The position numbers and the translations under genes were made by a program. 64,000 nt of DNA from Calditrichaceae bacterium (GTDB lineage: Bacteria > Calditrichota > Calditrichia > Calditrichales > JBFXGD01): assembly GCA_050173015.1 (NCBI GenBank), contig JBFXLE010000002.1, forward strand, positions 128,001 through 192,000, in the 5' to 3' direction. The first letter of the stretch is position 1. Every line of letters starts with the position of its first letter. Under the pieces are notes generated by a model. The model worked only from the letters and a program-made list of their open reading frames with translations, ran no database searches and was not told the origin of the DNA. This document shows positions 52,353 to 64,000 of this stretch, one piece after another.

Positions 52353-53741
52353 TTAATTTGAATTAGTGTTGCCTGCACCTGTTTGATTGATGATACTCTG
52401 CCAATTCGGATTGTTAAGTTCTTTCCTGTAGCTTGAATGAATCAGTTCATACGCTCCGAATCCGTTCAAATCGGCAAATACAAAGATGGCTCCACCCTCT
52501 AAATTATGATATGTCCAGATTTCGTAGGGTAATCCGTCAATACTATTGTTATGTCTTTCATTCTCATCAGGGTGTCCATACATGATAATAACACGCCCCT
52601 GATCTGTTCTCCAGCCTTGCCTGCCGAATTTACTATATTGATCATTGGAAAATTCGACTAAATCTAAAAATTCACGATGAGATTGTCCCTGGGGAACCAT
52701 ATTTTTCTTATCCCTGATCCTCCAGAACTGAGTTAGAAACTTTCTCATGGCATCTTCTTCATTTAAATTTTCAAAAACCATTATTTCATTTTTATTAGCA
52801 AAATACTTTGCCATTTTAAATTCGTTTTCAAGTTCTTCTTTATTCAATCCGGTAAATATATTATCAATTTCAGCAACCGGCGTTTCTGTAATTACAGGTT
52901 TGTTTTCATCAGGTTTATACACAAAGAATTTTTTGCGATCTACGACGTTTATATCATTCGTTATATCGGTGCCTCTGATATTTAAAAAGTATGAACCGCC
53001 TGGTAATGACATAACATTTAAACCACCAACCTCGACGAGAGAGGGGGCTAACACTTTCCTTGTTTTTGGTTCCACGGTTTTTACGGTATCACCATCACTA
53101 TTCGTAATGTAGTAGTGAAAACTGTATTGATTCTCAGATTGCGCGGAATATGGAAGGTTGTGCAATTCTATATAAAAATATAGCACGGGATGAAGCAGGT
53201 CAAATACTTTACGCGGATTGGGAACGACCCTTAATCCGTTTTTGTTAAATATAGTTTGTCCATCATCTTTTTGTATGTCAATCGCAAACTCTATTTCAGA
53301 TGGGTAAAACCCTTCAGGTGATTTTGTCGTGGAAAAGTCCAGTAAATACTCTCCGTTCAACTTTGAGTTAAGATCGGACACAATTACTTTTGCTGTATAT
53401 TTTCCAAACGGAAGCTGAAGACCAAAAACATCGATAAACTGATTAAATTTATTAAATTTAAGTGTATCGATTATTGTATTCTGATATTCGTGAGGAATTT
53501 TTCTAATGACTTCACCATCTTTTAAAATTTCAAGAGTACTCATAAAATTGGAATGATAAGTGCTATCGTTATATTTATAACTTAGATTACCTTGATAAAT
53601 TGACATGTAAAATTCAACATAGCAGGTTGAATCATTGGATCCGAAGAGAGCATAGTCTGCCGAAACCGGTATAAATTGAAATTGGCTCCAAGACACCATA
53701 GGTATAATTAAGAAAAATAGTAACTTTCTCATTACGTTCAT
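52353..53741 (-). CDS. GWxTD domain-containing exported protein
   Basis: Signal peptide; FWRIRD...GWRTDQGRVIIMYGHPD...YEIWTY. Start may be ATG 53732. Confidence 0.88.
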   Translation of the reverse strand: MNVMRKLLFFLIIPMVSWSQFQFIPVSADYALFGSNDSTCYVEFYMSIYQGNLSYKYNDSTYHSNFMSTLEILKDGEVIRKIPHEYQNTIIDTLKFNKFNQFIDVFGLQLPFGKYTAKVIVSDLNSKLNGEYLLDFSTTKSPEGFYPSEIEFAIDIQKDDGQTIFNKNGLRVVPNPRKVFDLLHPVLYFYIELHNLPYSAQSENQYSFHYYITNSDGDTVKTVEPKTRKVLAPSLVEVGGLNVMSLPGGSYFLNIRGTDITNDINVVDRKKFFVYKPDENKPVITETPVAEIDNIFTGLNKEELENEFKMAKYFANKNEIMVFENLNEEDAMRKFLTQFWRIRDKKNMVPQGQSHREFLDLVEFSNDQYSKFGRQGWRTDQGRVIIMYGHPDENERHNNSIDGLPYEIWTYHNLEGGAIFVFADLNGFGAYELIHSSYRKELNNPNWQSIINQTGAGNTNSN

Positions 53742-53747
53742 CCTTTT

Positions 53748-56700
53748 TTAATTGAACTTTACAGACACTAATTTTGAAACTCCCTCTTCTTCCATCGTGA
53801 CTCCATACATGGTTTGGGCGGCTTCCATAGTGCGCTTATTATGAGTAACAACTATGAATTGTGTATTATCCGAGAAACTTTTTAGCGCTTCAGTAAAACG
53901 CAAAATATTTACATCATCCAGCGGGGCATCGACTTCATCCAGAATACAGAACGGACTTGGTTTAACGAGATAAATCGCGAATAAAAGCGAAATTGCTGTA
54001 AGAGTTTTTTCGCCGCCCGATAGAAGACTCAGTGTTTGCAACCGGTTTCCTTTCGTTCTGACAGATATTTCAATATCTGCATCTAGCGGATCTTGATTAT
54101 CAGTTAAATTGATTGAACCTTCTCCATTCTCAAAAAAGGAATGAAATACAGTCTCAAAATTCACTTTTATGGCCTCAAATGTTTCAATAAATTGCTTCCG
54201 CGCCGTGGCATTTATTTTATCGATCGTTTCTACAAGTGAATTTTCTGCTTTGTTCAGATCATCTCTTTGCTTAGTAAGAAAGTCCAGCCGTTCTTTTTCC
54301 TTATCATATTCGCCAACCGCAAGCGGATTTACGGGACCCAGATTTTTAATCCGGTTGTGAATACTTTCAATCTGTTCTTCAGTTTCATTTTCATTAAGTC
54401 CTTCAAAGGGCAAACCGATTTCAATGTCCTCTGAATATTCTTTTAAAATATATTCACGAATATTTTCTGCTTTAAACCTGTTTTCATTAATTTTCATTTC
54501 AAATGTTCGAGTGTGTTCAAGAGAAAAATCATGTTGTTTACGGTATTTTTTTATTTGTGATTCTATATCCATGATTTTTTCTTTTACTTCCTGAAATCCC
54601 CTCGCCACATCTTCTTTTTCCTTGTCTAACTGATCTCTTTTTTCCCAGATTATAATTTGTTCATTTCGTCTCTGTTCAGATTCTGCGGTTATTTGAACAA
54701 GCATTTTCCCGATTTGTTCGATTTCGGAGCCTTTTTTTTCAATATCATTTTTTAATTCGACAATGGTTTTTGAAGAGCGATTGAGATCGTTCTGACGATT
54801 ATAGATCTGATTCTGTATGTTAGTAGTATCCAGACGGACTTTTTGGACTTCATCGATTAATATTTGCAGCTCATCACTTTTTCTTTCATACGAATTAGTC
54901 CGTGATATTGTTTCTTTTTCGAGCTCATTCAATTTTTTCTGATGATCCTCAACTTCCACTTCAATTGTTTGCTGATTCAGTTTAAGTTCTTTAATGTTTT
55001 TTCTGATGATTATAAGGTGATTATTATCTGATTCTGATTCTTTTTTGCTTTTATCTATTTCATAAGCGATCTGATGTTCTTTTTTCTCGAGTTCTGTGAT
55101 TTCGCGTTGTGTCTTCGCTATTTCATCTTTAATTTCACCTTGATTCGCGATGGTTTTTTGAAGATCATTGCGTAACCCATCTATTAACTTTTCAATTTTT
55201 GGAAGATCATTTTCAAAAACCTGTAGCTGGCGGGTGTATTTTTTTAACTGATCATGGCGTCCTATGATCGTTGATTGTTTCTTTGAAACAGAACCACCGG
55301 AAATCTCTCTGTTAAAATTAACCATTTCTCCGGATGAAGTGGCCAGGCGCAGGTTTGGAAATTTTTCAGATAAAATCAATGCCTCTTCGAAATTGTCGAC
55401 GATAGCTACATCTCCGAGAAGAATCTTTATCAAATGACGATATTTTTCATCCGTGACAATTAGGTCTGAAAGCAGGGTGAGGGAATTTAGACCAGCCGGA
55501 ATTTCAGGAATTTCAATAAAACGCGTACGATTGAGAGGAATACAGGTAATTCTGCCTTTATCTGATTCGCGGACAAGTCGTATCATTTTTTTGGCGGAAT
55601 CTATATCATCTACCAAAATATAATTTAGCGCCTCTCCTAATATCAGTTCGACAAGCTGCGCGTAATTTTCGTCAACGGATATCAGTTCGGCAAGAGGCCC
55701 ATGGATGCCGCTTAGCTGATCTTTCTGTGTCATTACAAATTGTGTGCTTTTTGAATGACCTTCATAATTGGCGATAATATGCTGAAAAAATGATTGCCGT
55801 GATCGAACTTTCTCGGTTTCAACGAGTAATGTTTGACGTTCTGTTTCTGCTTTTTTTATTTTTTCCTGGAGTTGATCCGACTTAGCGGTGAGATCCTTAA
55901 GATTATCGTTCAGTTTTTCAAGGTTGTTTTCAGAATTTTGTATGTTTTTCCGGGAGATGTCGAGCTCTGTTTCTCTCGTTTTTAAACCGGTCGATCTGGA
56001 CGCGATATTTTCATCGATTGTTGCAGCCTGCTCATCAAGAAAACCTAACTGATATTCTTTTTGTTTAAGAACCTCTTTCATGTTTGAAAGTGACTGAAGC
56101 TGCTGCCTGAATTCGCTGTTAAGTTTATCAATTTCCGCTTTTTCTTTCTGCAATTTTTCTAATTCCTGCAGACGTTCACTCTCTATCGTGGAATAATTCT
56201 GATCAATGATTACTTTCTGTGAGATAAGCTGATCCAATTCGGTTTGATATTGCAATACATTTTCTTCGAGAAGAATTATTTTTTTCTCATAATCTTCAAT
56301 ATCGACTTTATAGCGTTCTCTTGTTTTAATATTTTCTTCCGCTTTGGTTTGGGCAACAGCTTCCGCCTGGTTAATTCTTGCAATCTCTGCATCTAATTCA
56401 TGTATCGCTGAATTAATTTTTTGCAATCCCTGTTCGGTTTTTATCTGTTCACGTTTGTAATCTTCAAGTAACGCTTCATCCATTGTGATTTGATGCGAAC
56501 TTTCTTCTTTAAGCTTACTCGCTTCCTTTAGTTGAACTTCAAGCGGTCTAATACTTTCCAGTAACCGGTGATATCTAAGTCTTGAGAGATCAACCTCACA
56601 TTTTTTCAGTTCATCATTAAGACTCAGGTAGCGTCTGGCCTTTGCGACCTGACGAGACAGAGAACTGACGGTTTTCTCCACCTCAATTATTATATCATTA

Positions 56701-57272
56701 ATTCGGGTCAGATCGACTCTGGTGGCGTCCAGTTTTTTTAACGCGGATTTTCTTCTTACTTTATATTTGACAACACCCGCGGCTTCTTCGAATAATTGAC
56801 GCCGTTCATGTTTGTTTTCACTAAGAATGCTTTCAACCATCTTTAATTCAATGACTGAATATGAATTGGCGCCCATTCCGGTATCCATAAACAAATCAAG
56901 TACGTCCTTCAGTCGAACGGGTGTTTTATTTATAAGATATTGACTTTCTCCGGATCGATAAAGGCGTCTCGATATGACAACTTCTTCAAATTCAGTGTCA
57001 AGAATTTTTTTATTGTTTTGGATAGTCATTGAGACTTCGGTCATTCCAACGGGTTTACGGGTCTTTGTACCGTTAAAAATCACATTTTCCATCTTGTCGC
57101 TTCTAAGTGAGCTGACACGCTGCTCACCTAAAACCCATCGAATCGCGTCAACAATATTAGACTTACCGGAACCGTTGGGACCTATTACACAGGTCAGGCC
57201 TCCGTTAAACTCAAGTTTTGTTTTATGAGCAAATGATTTAAAACCAAGAATGTCCAATTTCGATAAATACAT
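53748..57272 (-). CDS. smc: Chromosome partition protein SMC
   Basis: GFKSF, Walker A GPNGSGKSN, hinge flanked by coiled coils, LSGGEK, LDEVDAPLD, THN. Confidence 0.97.
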   Translation of the reverse strand: MYLSKLDILGFKSFAHKTKLEFNGGLTCVIGPNGSGKSNIVDAIRWVLGEQRVSSLRSDKMENVIFNGTKTRKPVGMTEVSMTIQNNKKILDTEFEEVVISRRLYRSGESQYLINKTPVRLKDVLDLFMDTGMGANSYSVIELKMVESILSENKHERRQLFEEAAGVVKYKVRRKSALKKLDATRVDLTRINDIIIEVEKTVSSLSRQVAKARRYLSLNDELKKCEVDLSRLRYHRLLESIRPLEVQLKEASKLKEESSHQITMDEALLEDYKREQIKTEQGLQKINSAIHELDAEIARINQAEAVAQTKAEENIKTRERYKVDIEDYEKKIILLEENVLQYQTELDQLISQKVIIDQNYSTIESERLQELEKLQKEKAEIDKLNSEFRQQLQSLSNMKEVLKQKEYQLGFLDEQAATIDENIASRSTGLKTRETELDISRKNIQNSENNLEKLNDNLKDLTAKSDQLQEKIKKAETERQTLLVETEKVRSRQSFFQHIIANYEGHSKSTQFVMTQKDQLSGIHGPLAELISVDENYAQLVELILGEALNYILVDDIDSAKKMIRLVRESDKGRITCIPLNRTRFIEIPEIPAGLNSLTLLSDLIVTDEKYRHLIKILLGDVAIVDNFEEALILSEKFPNLRLATSSGEMVNFNREISGGSVSKKQSTIIGRHDQLKKYTRQLQVFENDLPKIEKLIDGLRNDLQKTIANQGEIKDEIAKTQREITELEKKEHQIAYEIDKSKKESESDNNHLIIIRKNIKELKLNQQTIEVEVEDHQKKLNELEKETISRTNSYERKSDELQILIDEVQKVRLDTTNIQNQIYNRQNDLNRSSKTIVELKNDIEKKGSEIEQIGKMLVQITAESEQRRNEQIIIWEKRDQLDKEKEDVARGFQEVKEKIMDIESQIKKYRKQHDFSLEHTRTFEMKINENRFKAENIREYILKEYSEDIEIGLPFEGLNENETEEQIESIHNRIKNLGPVNPLAVGEYDKEKERLDFLTKQRDDLNKAENSLVETIDKINATARKQFIETFEAIKVNFETVFHSFFENGEGSINLTDNQDPLDADIEISVRTKGNRLQTLSLLSGGEKTLTAISLLFAIYLVKPSPFCILDEVDAPLDDVNILRFTEALKSFSDNTQFIVVTHNKRTMEAAQTMYGVTMEEEGVSKLVSVKFN

Positions 57273-57293
57273 AATTTTCCGGGTGTTATATGG

Positions 57294-59837
57294 TTATAAT
57301 AAATTCTGAGCATTAAATATCAGCTTTAGATATTCATATAAGTACGGCTCAGGTTTGAATAGAATCCAAAAGATAAGGAAAGGTATAGAATAAGACAAGA
57401 GCAGCATCGTTAAAATTAAACTTGTTCTTGCCCTGAACAATACGTGAATGCCATTAATTATCCGGATATGCGCCCATAATATAAAAAACAGAAACAGATA
57501 TAGAAGGTAAGTATGATCACCTCCCGATGATAACAACTGATACATGGCCAGGCTCAATGGCAGTAGGAAAATAAATGGCGCGCCGGACCAGAATCCTATG
57601 GCGACACCCTGTCTGAATCGCATTTTCTCTGTCGAAAAGTAACTGAATACTTTTAGCAGGATACTGATTATAAACGGATAGCTGTAAAAGATCAAAAAGA
57701 ATACAAGAACGGTTTTTCCGGGGGATATACTCATTTTTAGAAAATATTCATATAAATTTAAAGGTCCGAGCAGAAGGCTGGCTGCTTCCTGAAGAAAATA
57801 AGAGTGATGGAAGTAATAAATGACAGAACTTACAAAAACAGATAATAAGACAGACGAATAGGCCCCAACTAAAAAAGAACTGAAAAGTGGAATGATTCTT
57901 CTTTCCCGCATATCTACAAAAAAACCGTATGGATGTCGTAATGAACGTTTTAGATTTTCTCTCAGTCTGGCTCTCTGACGGTATACAAGTAAAAATAATA
58001 CCGTGGCAATAAAGGTGAGAAGTGAAAAAAAGTTTGTTTTTTTTGTAACCGGTTTTTCTGGCAGAAGATTCAGGTGCTCAGAGTCCCAGATATTCCCCGC
58101 CACTTTATTGATCCAGGTTTTTGCTCTTCGTTCATACGTAAACATTCCCGTCGGTATGACAAGAAAATCCGGGTTGTTAATGGTTGTATGAATTGGAAAT
58201 CCGCTCTTCCAGTCGATAAAACTATCTAAAAAACCTCCCTTTAACCCAAAGCGATTTATCGCGGTCTGAATTTCGCTGTTTATAAATCCGTAATTTTTTA
58301 CAGGATCGGCATCAAGCGCGCCACTGTTTGGCGCGTTAAACAGATTGATTCCGATTTTCCCCGCCAATAAATAAGGAAAATTTAATTTCTCGTTTCCCGA
58401 TGCCTCGTTCAATATTGATTTATAGCTATCATATATGTAAAAATCTGCTGTATTTTCAGGAGGAAGCGGATAGCCGGAAATCGGCGACAGGTAGCTTAAT
58501 ACATTCATCTTTGCTCTTACGCTTCCGCTTAAAATGAGCATAAATTTTTGTGCAGATGCTTCATGAATTGGAATCTCCTGTCCGATCCCGATGGCAACGA
58601 ATGAAGGAGACATACTGTTATAAAGTCTAAGGCTTTGAATCGTTGATTTCGAAGATTCCAGAATATTGTCATTTTGGTATAATGGAAGCGGATAACGCCA
58701 TATGGGCAATTCTGCGAAGACCAGCAAACCCAAGGAATCTGCAATTTGAATTGCGGTAATATCCGGCAGATAGTGTGGAAAGCGAATCGCGTTGAATTGA
58801 AGTGATTTTATTTTTGAAAGATCTGAAATTAATGTCCCGAAATAATCTTTTGATTTTAAACTTTCAATGTTTTCATAATAGCTTACACCTTTAATCAGAA
58901 ACGGCTGATTATTCAAAATAAAATTATTATCCTTTATCTGCACCTTTCTTAGGCCGAAAAGAAGAGTATCTTCAAAGATCGTTTCATAACCGTTTCTTAC
59001 AGAAATAATCATATTCAGCTGTTGGGGATTTTGGGGAGACCAAAGATATTCAGCCGGTACCCGGGCATCACTATTTATCAACAGTCTTTCGGGATCGAGT
59101 TCCTTTCGCTGCTGGAATAATTTCTCACCCGATGAGGAGAATATTTGTTCCTCTACCCGAAACCGCTTTGCATTGAAAGCCTTTCTATCAGAATCATTTG
59201 TCAGGGATAGGTTTATCTGATAGCTGTATTCAAAATCGACCGCGGATGCAATCGTTTTAACTATAACGTTTGTATCGCTGATCCTGTTTTTGTTTTCAAT
59301 TGACAGGTAAATAGGTCTGACAATTCCCAAAATCCCGGGTTCGCTAAAAATGTTTACAAAAGACGGGAAACCGGATTCCTCCGCCGCAGAACCTTTTAGG
59401 GTCAGAACGAGTTGATTTTTCCCATCGGTACTCAGGATGTCAGGAGGAATTTTTACATCAAATGGAGCAGAATTATTGCTTTGATTATGAATAATTTTTC
59501 CGTTCAGGACAAACTGCCCGGATCCCTTGATACCATGGCTTTTTAGAAAAATTTCAGAATGACCGGCGTCAAGTGGGGTGTCAAACCCGCATCTCACTAC
59601 AATTTGGTTCTTTGATTCCGAATAAAAGGGGAGACTCAATGGCGCCCATTCTCCTGTAATGGATTGAATCTGCCAGTTATTCTGGCGATAAAGCGGCACG
59701 ATTTTGCCGTTTGATAAATACGCATCTGATTTTCCCCAATTCAGAAACTGCAAATGATCTGTTTTTTCAGATGCCGCCAATAAAGCAGGTACAACAATAA
59801 TAAAAAAAGTTATCAGAATCAGTTTGAAGGTATGCAT
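57294..59837 (-). CDS. GH2-like (sugar-binding + Ig + TIM barrel) extracytoplasmic domain fused to a C-terminal multi-TM domain
   Basis: GIVRPIYL, LWSPQNP, FGLRKV, LNNQPFLIKGV, NAIRFPHY, ADSLGLLV; about 6-7 TM helices at the C-terminus. Confidence 0.8.
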   Translation of the reverse strand: MHTFKLILITFFIIVVPALLAASEKTDHLQFLNWGKSDAYLSNGKIVPLYRQNNWQIQSITGEWAPLSLPFYSESKNQIVVRCGFDTPLDAGHSEIFLKSHGIKGSGQFVLNGKIIHNQSNNSAPFDVKIPPDILSTDGKNQLVLTLKGSAAEESGFPSFVNIFSEPGILGIVRPIYLSIENKNRISDTNVIVKTIASAVDFEYSYQINLSLTNDSDRKAFNAKRFRVEEQIFSSSGEKLFQQRKELDPERLLINSDARVPAEYLWSPQNPQQLNMIISVRNGYETIFEDTLLFGLRKVQIKDNNFILNNQPFLIKGVSYYENIESLKSKDYFGTLISDLSKIKSLQFNAIRFPHYLPDITAIQIADSLGLLVFAELPIWRYPLPLYQNDNILESSKSTIQSLRLYNSMSPSFVAIGIGQEIPIHEASAQKFMLILSGSVRAKMNVLSYLSPISGYPLPPENTADFYIYDSYKSILNEASGNEKLNFPYLLAGKIGINLFNAPNSGALDADPVKNYGFINSEIQTAINRFGLKGGFLDSFIDWKSGFPIHTTINNPDFLVIPTGMFTYERRAKTWINKVAGNIWDSEHLNLLPEKPVTKKTNFFSLLTFIATVLFLLVYRQRARLRENLKRSLRHPYGFFVDMRERRIIPLFSSFLVGAYSSVLLSVFVSSVIYYFHHSYFLQEAASLLLGPLNLYEYFLKMSISPGKTVLVFFLIFYSYPFIISILLKVFSYFSTEKMRFRQGVAIGFWSGAPFIFLLPLSLAMYQLLSSGGDHTYLLYLFLFFILWAHIRIINGIHVLFRARTSLILTMLLLSYSIPFLIFWILFKPEPYLYEYLKLIFNAQNLL

Positions 59838-59887
59838 GAATGAAAAATTCCCGGCACGTTTAAAGTTTTAATATTCTATATTTCTGT

Positions 59888-60598
59888 TTACATCAATGTG
59901 AGTGCATCCCTCACGGCCTGTTCAAATCCAATGGCGAGGGCTTTTGTGAAGATTGGCTTACCGATTACTATATCTTCTATAAAGTTGATTTCTGAGATAT
60001 CCCGCAGATTGTCATAACCGATTCCACCTGAAATATTGACTCCAAGACCCAGTTTACCGCATGCAAGGACCAAACCCGTTAAATTTTCAATCGCCTGTAT
60101 TTCGCGGCCCATATCTTCCGCGTCAGTAAGCGCGTTTGCTTTTAACTCCACGTAATCGAACTCCAATTTCCCGGCCAGTTTTATCTGGCTGATATCCGGG
60201 TCAACCAAAACGGAGCTTAATATGTTGTTTGATCTTAATTCAGTGACGTATTTCTCGAGTTGAGATGCATAGGTATCAAGATTTATGACATCCGCTTCGA
60301 CGGAAGAAATATCGCCCGGAGCAACAAAAGTAATCATATCCGGTTTAATCCTGATAAGTTTACGGATATTCTCCTCCGTAAGATTTGTCCGCACAGTCAG
60401 ATAAGATTTCACTACCTGTCTGAACAAGGCGATATCACGTTCATTTACGGTTTTAAGATCATCACGCAGATAGCAGACAATGCTCTCAGCACCGCCTAAT
60501 TCCGCCAGAATCAACGCCTGAATTGGATCAGGTTCATTGCCTCCAAGAAGATTTCGTACATAAGCGACAGGATCAATATCAAGAGCTAATCGACGCAT
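59888..60598 (-). CDS. Divergent PdxJ (pyridoxine 5'-phosphate synthase)-like protein, probably non-catalytic
   Basis: Collinear with PdxJ (PDPIQA..AELGGA, LRDD, KPD, LGLGVN, IG...A...G...AV). GGAGG RBS before ATG 60598. Confidence 0.85.
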   Translation of the reverse strand: MRRLALDIDPVAYVRNLLGGNEPDPIQALILAELGGAESIVCYLRDDLKTVNERDIALFRQVVKSYLTVRTNLTEENIRKLIRIKPDMITFVAPGDISSVEADVINLDTYASQLEKYVTELRSNNILSSVLVDPDISQIKLAGKLEFDYVELKANALTDAEDMGREIQAIENLTGLVLACGKLGLGVNISGGIGYDNLRDISEINFIEDIVIGKPIFTKALAIGFEQAVRDALTLM

Positions 60599-60646
60599 TT
60601 TGCCTCCATAATAATTCAAAAAAATTGCTATTGCTGTCAGGGAAAG

Positions 60647-61177
60647 TCAGAATGTGGACAGATCTTCCCATCGGGTTATTTTCCAGACACCGGAACTTTT
60701 TTTTTCAAAATTAAACAACGCTTCACCGTTGATAAGAGGGATTTCAACGCCGCCATTCAAGGTTAATTGAAATGTCTTCTTTATTTCAGCTTCGGTGCTA
60801 TCCTGAAAATAATATTGAAATATTGTCCCACCCCAGACAAGATTAATATTTTGAAAGTGCCTGAAAAGACCGACCGTTGTCCGGATATCAGTATCCCGTC
60901 CCCAGGTCAAATCTGTTACAGGATCAGTCGCGTAATTCTTTGATATGAATAAAAAACTACTATCGAGTAAATCAGAATAAACCAGAGAATCTTTAAAATT
61001 ATAAGCATAACTAAAATTAGTCAATACCTCATCGGGGTTTTGTTGTTCTGTGATGATCAGACTGGATGAGTATTCACCGGTTTTTATCTCCGGCGCGAAT
61101 GGATTCACGCATCCGGATAATAAAATAAATATTAGAATTATGGCAAAGTTGCCGGCACCGGTGTTTGGACTATCCAT
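60647..61177 (-). CDS. Hypothetical lipoprotein (possible NTF2/SnoaL-like fold)
   Basis: Lipobox LLSGC followed by VNPF; C-terminal WKITRWED. Confidence 0.75.
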   Translation of the reverse strand: MDSPNTGAGNFAIILIFILLSGCVNPFAPEIKTGEYSSSLIITEQQNPDEVLTNFSYAYNFKDSLVYSDLLDSSFLFISKNYATDPVTDLTWGRDTDIRTTVGLFRHFQNINLVWGGTIFQYYFQDSTEAEIKKTFQLTLNGGVEIPLINGEALFNFEKKSSGVWKITRWEDLSTF

Positions 61178-61178
61178 C

Positions 61179-61808
61179 TTAATTACTGCTCCAACGGTAA
61201 TAACTTTTCAGAAATGACCACGATTTATCATAATTTTCGTCTAACGCGAAGTCAGACCAGAAGTAGATATACCAATAATCGAGCGTTGTCCGTGAGCGGA
61301 GTAGTTTGAATTTAGCCCGACCCTGATATACGGACACTGAATCTCCAAAATTAATTTCGAGAGTGTATCTGAAATAATTACTTTCAACAGAATCATCAAT
61401 CGCAGAAGCGTTTATTGCTGTTAACGACACTGAATCAGCGTAGTTAAATTTAATGACAGGGTAGTTGACTTTTCCCGTTTGCAACAGATTTATGAAATAA
61501 TTGCCCTCATCTTCAATCGTCCAGACCGGTATAAAATAATCAAAAAGATTTTGCTCCGGTTCAAAATGAAACGGGGTAATATTCTGCATATCAGAATTTG
61601 AAAAATTTTCCAGATATTTTTGAACATTTTTCTGTTCAAGCGCCCGGGCGAAATTTGTCAAAACTATCCTTGGAGTAGTAGGCGCGTCAAAAACAGCAGT
61701 CAGAGATTGATTGTCCGGCGATTCCGGGTTTCTTACATCGAAGGGATTTGTACATCCCGTGATTAGCAAAATTATTAAAAAAAAATGTCTGATTTTTATG
61801 CCCGTCAT
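61179..61808 (-). CDS. Hypothetical lipoprotein, paralogue of the neighbouring gene
   Basis: Lipobox ITGC followed by TNPF; shared P..VLTNF..A and W.I..W.D motifs. Confidence 0.75.
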   Translation of the reverse strand: MTGIKIRHFFLIILLITGCTNPFDVRNPESPDNQSLTAVFDAPTTPRIVLTNFARALEQKNVQKYLENFSNSDMQNITPFHFEPEQNLFDYFIPVWTIEDEGNYFINLLQTGKVNYPVIKFNYADSVSLTAINASAIDDSVESNYFRYTLEINFGDSVSVYQGRAKFKLLRSRTTLDYWYIYFWSDFALDENYDKSWSFLKSYYRWSSN

Positions 61809-61983
61809 TATCGTTAATTGTATTTAATCATATCAACAAATTTACTCATTAATTTTAATGAATTAAACAGAAAAAAGCTAATGATAATCATGGATAATTT
61901 GTATTTTAAAAAATTTAAATTTAATTTTAAAAAATTGTTTCGGATCATATATCTTGGTACTAATTTAACCATTCGACTTATAA

Positions 61984-64000
<2,017 letters not shown>

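Noticed and set aside
53748..57272. SMC as part of a Wadjet/MksBEF-type defence system
   Set aside because: The sequence is a canonical housekeeping SMC with a hinge, and there are no jetA/B/D-like neighbours.
61895..61940. A/T-only quasi-palindromes between the lipoprotein operon and ligA (possible origin or dif site)
   Set aside because: Low-complexity divergent promoter region; no DnaA-box cluster, parS or XerC/D consensus recognised.

Overview
AT-rich bacterial chromosome segment, almost entirely core genome. The LpxC-FabZ fusion, a tamB-like gene directly before bamA, split rfaE1/rfaE2, a Bacteroidota-type bS22 peptide, and GWxTD and DUF4954 genes point to a diderm of the FCB/Calditrichota neighbourhood (inference). 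It holds about 50 CDS: signalling proteins (two histidine kinases, a REC-HD-GYP protein, two cNMP-DUF4388 proteins), tgt-yajC-fmt, rny, iscA, def-pepA, a FadF-like oxidoreductase, a tamB-bamA-skp-lpxD-lpxC/fabZ-lpxA cluster, rseP, recJ-rodZ, rfaE1/E2, mltD, xseAB-nadK, a minus-strand six-gene operon containing smc, and ligA running off the right edge. RNA genes are tRNA-Ile2(CAU) and RNase P RNA. I saw no CRISPR array, transposase, integrase, prophage or defence island. The best candidates for undescribed biology are: (1) the smc operon, with a full-length PdxJ homologue lacking nearly all catalytic residues next to a membrane-anchored GH2-like protein that appears to lack its nucleophile; (2) a tandem cNMP-binding/DUF4388 signalling module; (3) an RNase P RNA whose P14 is replaced by a perfect four-way junction. 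Also noted: ECF-sigma-type promoters before tamB-bamA and rseP, a sigma28-type promoter before the HD-GYP gene, a probable AUU start for nadK, and a 31-aa bS22 gene missed by the ORF track. All family calls come from motif recognition by eye, not from database searches.
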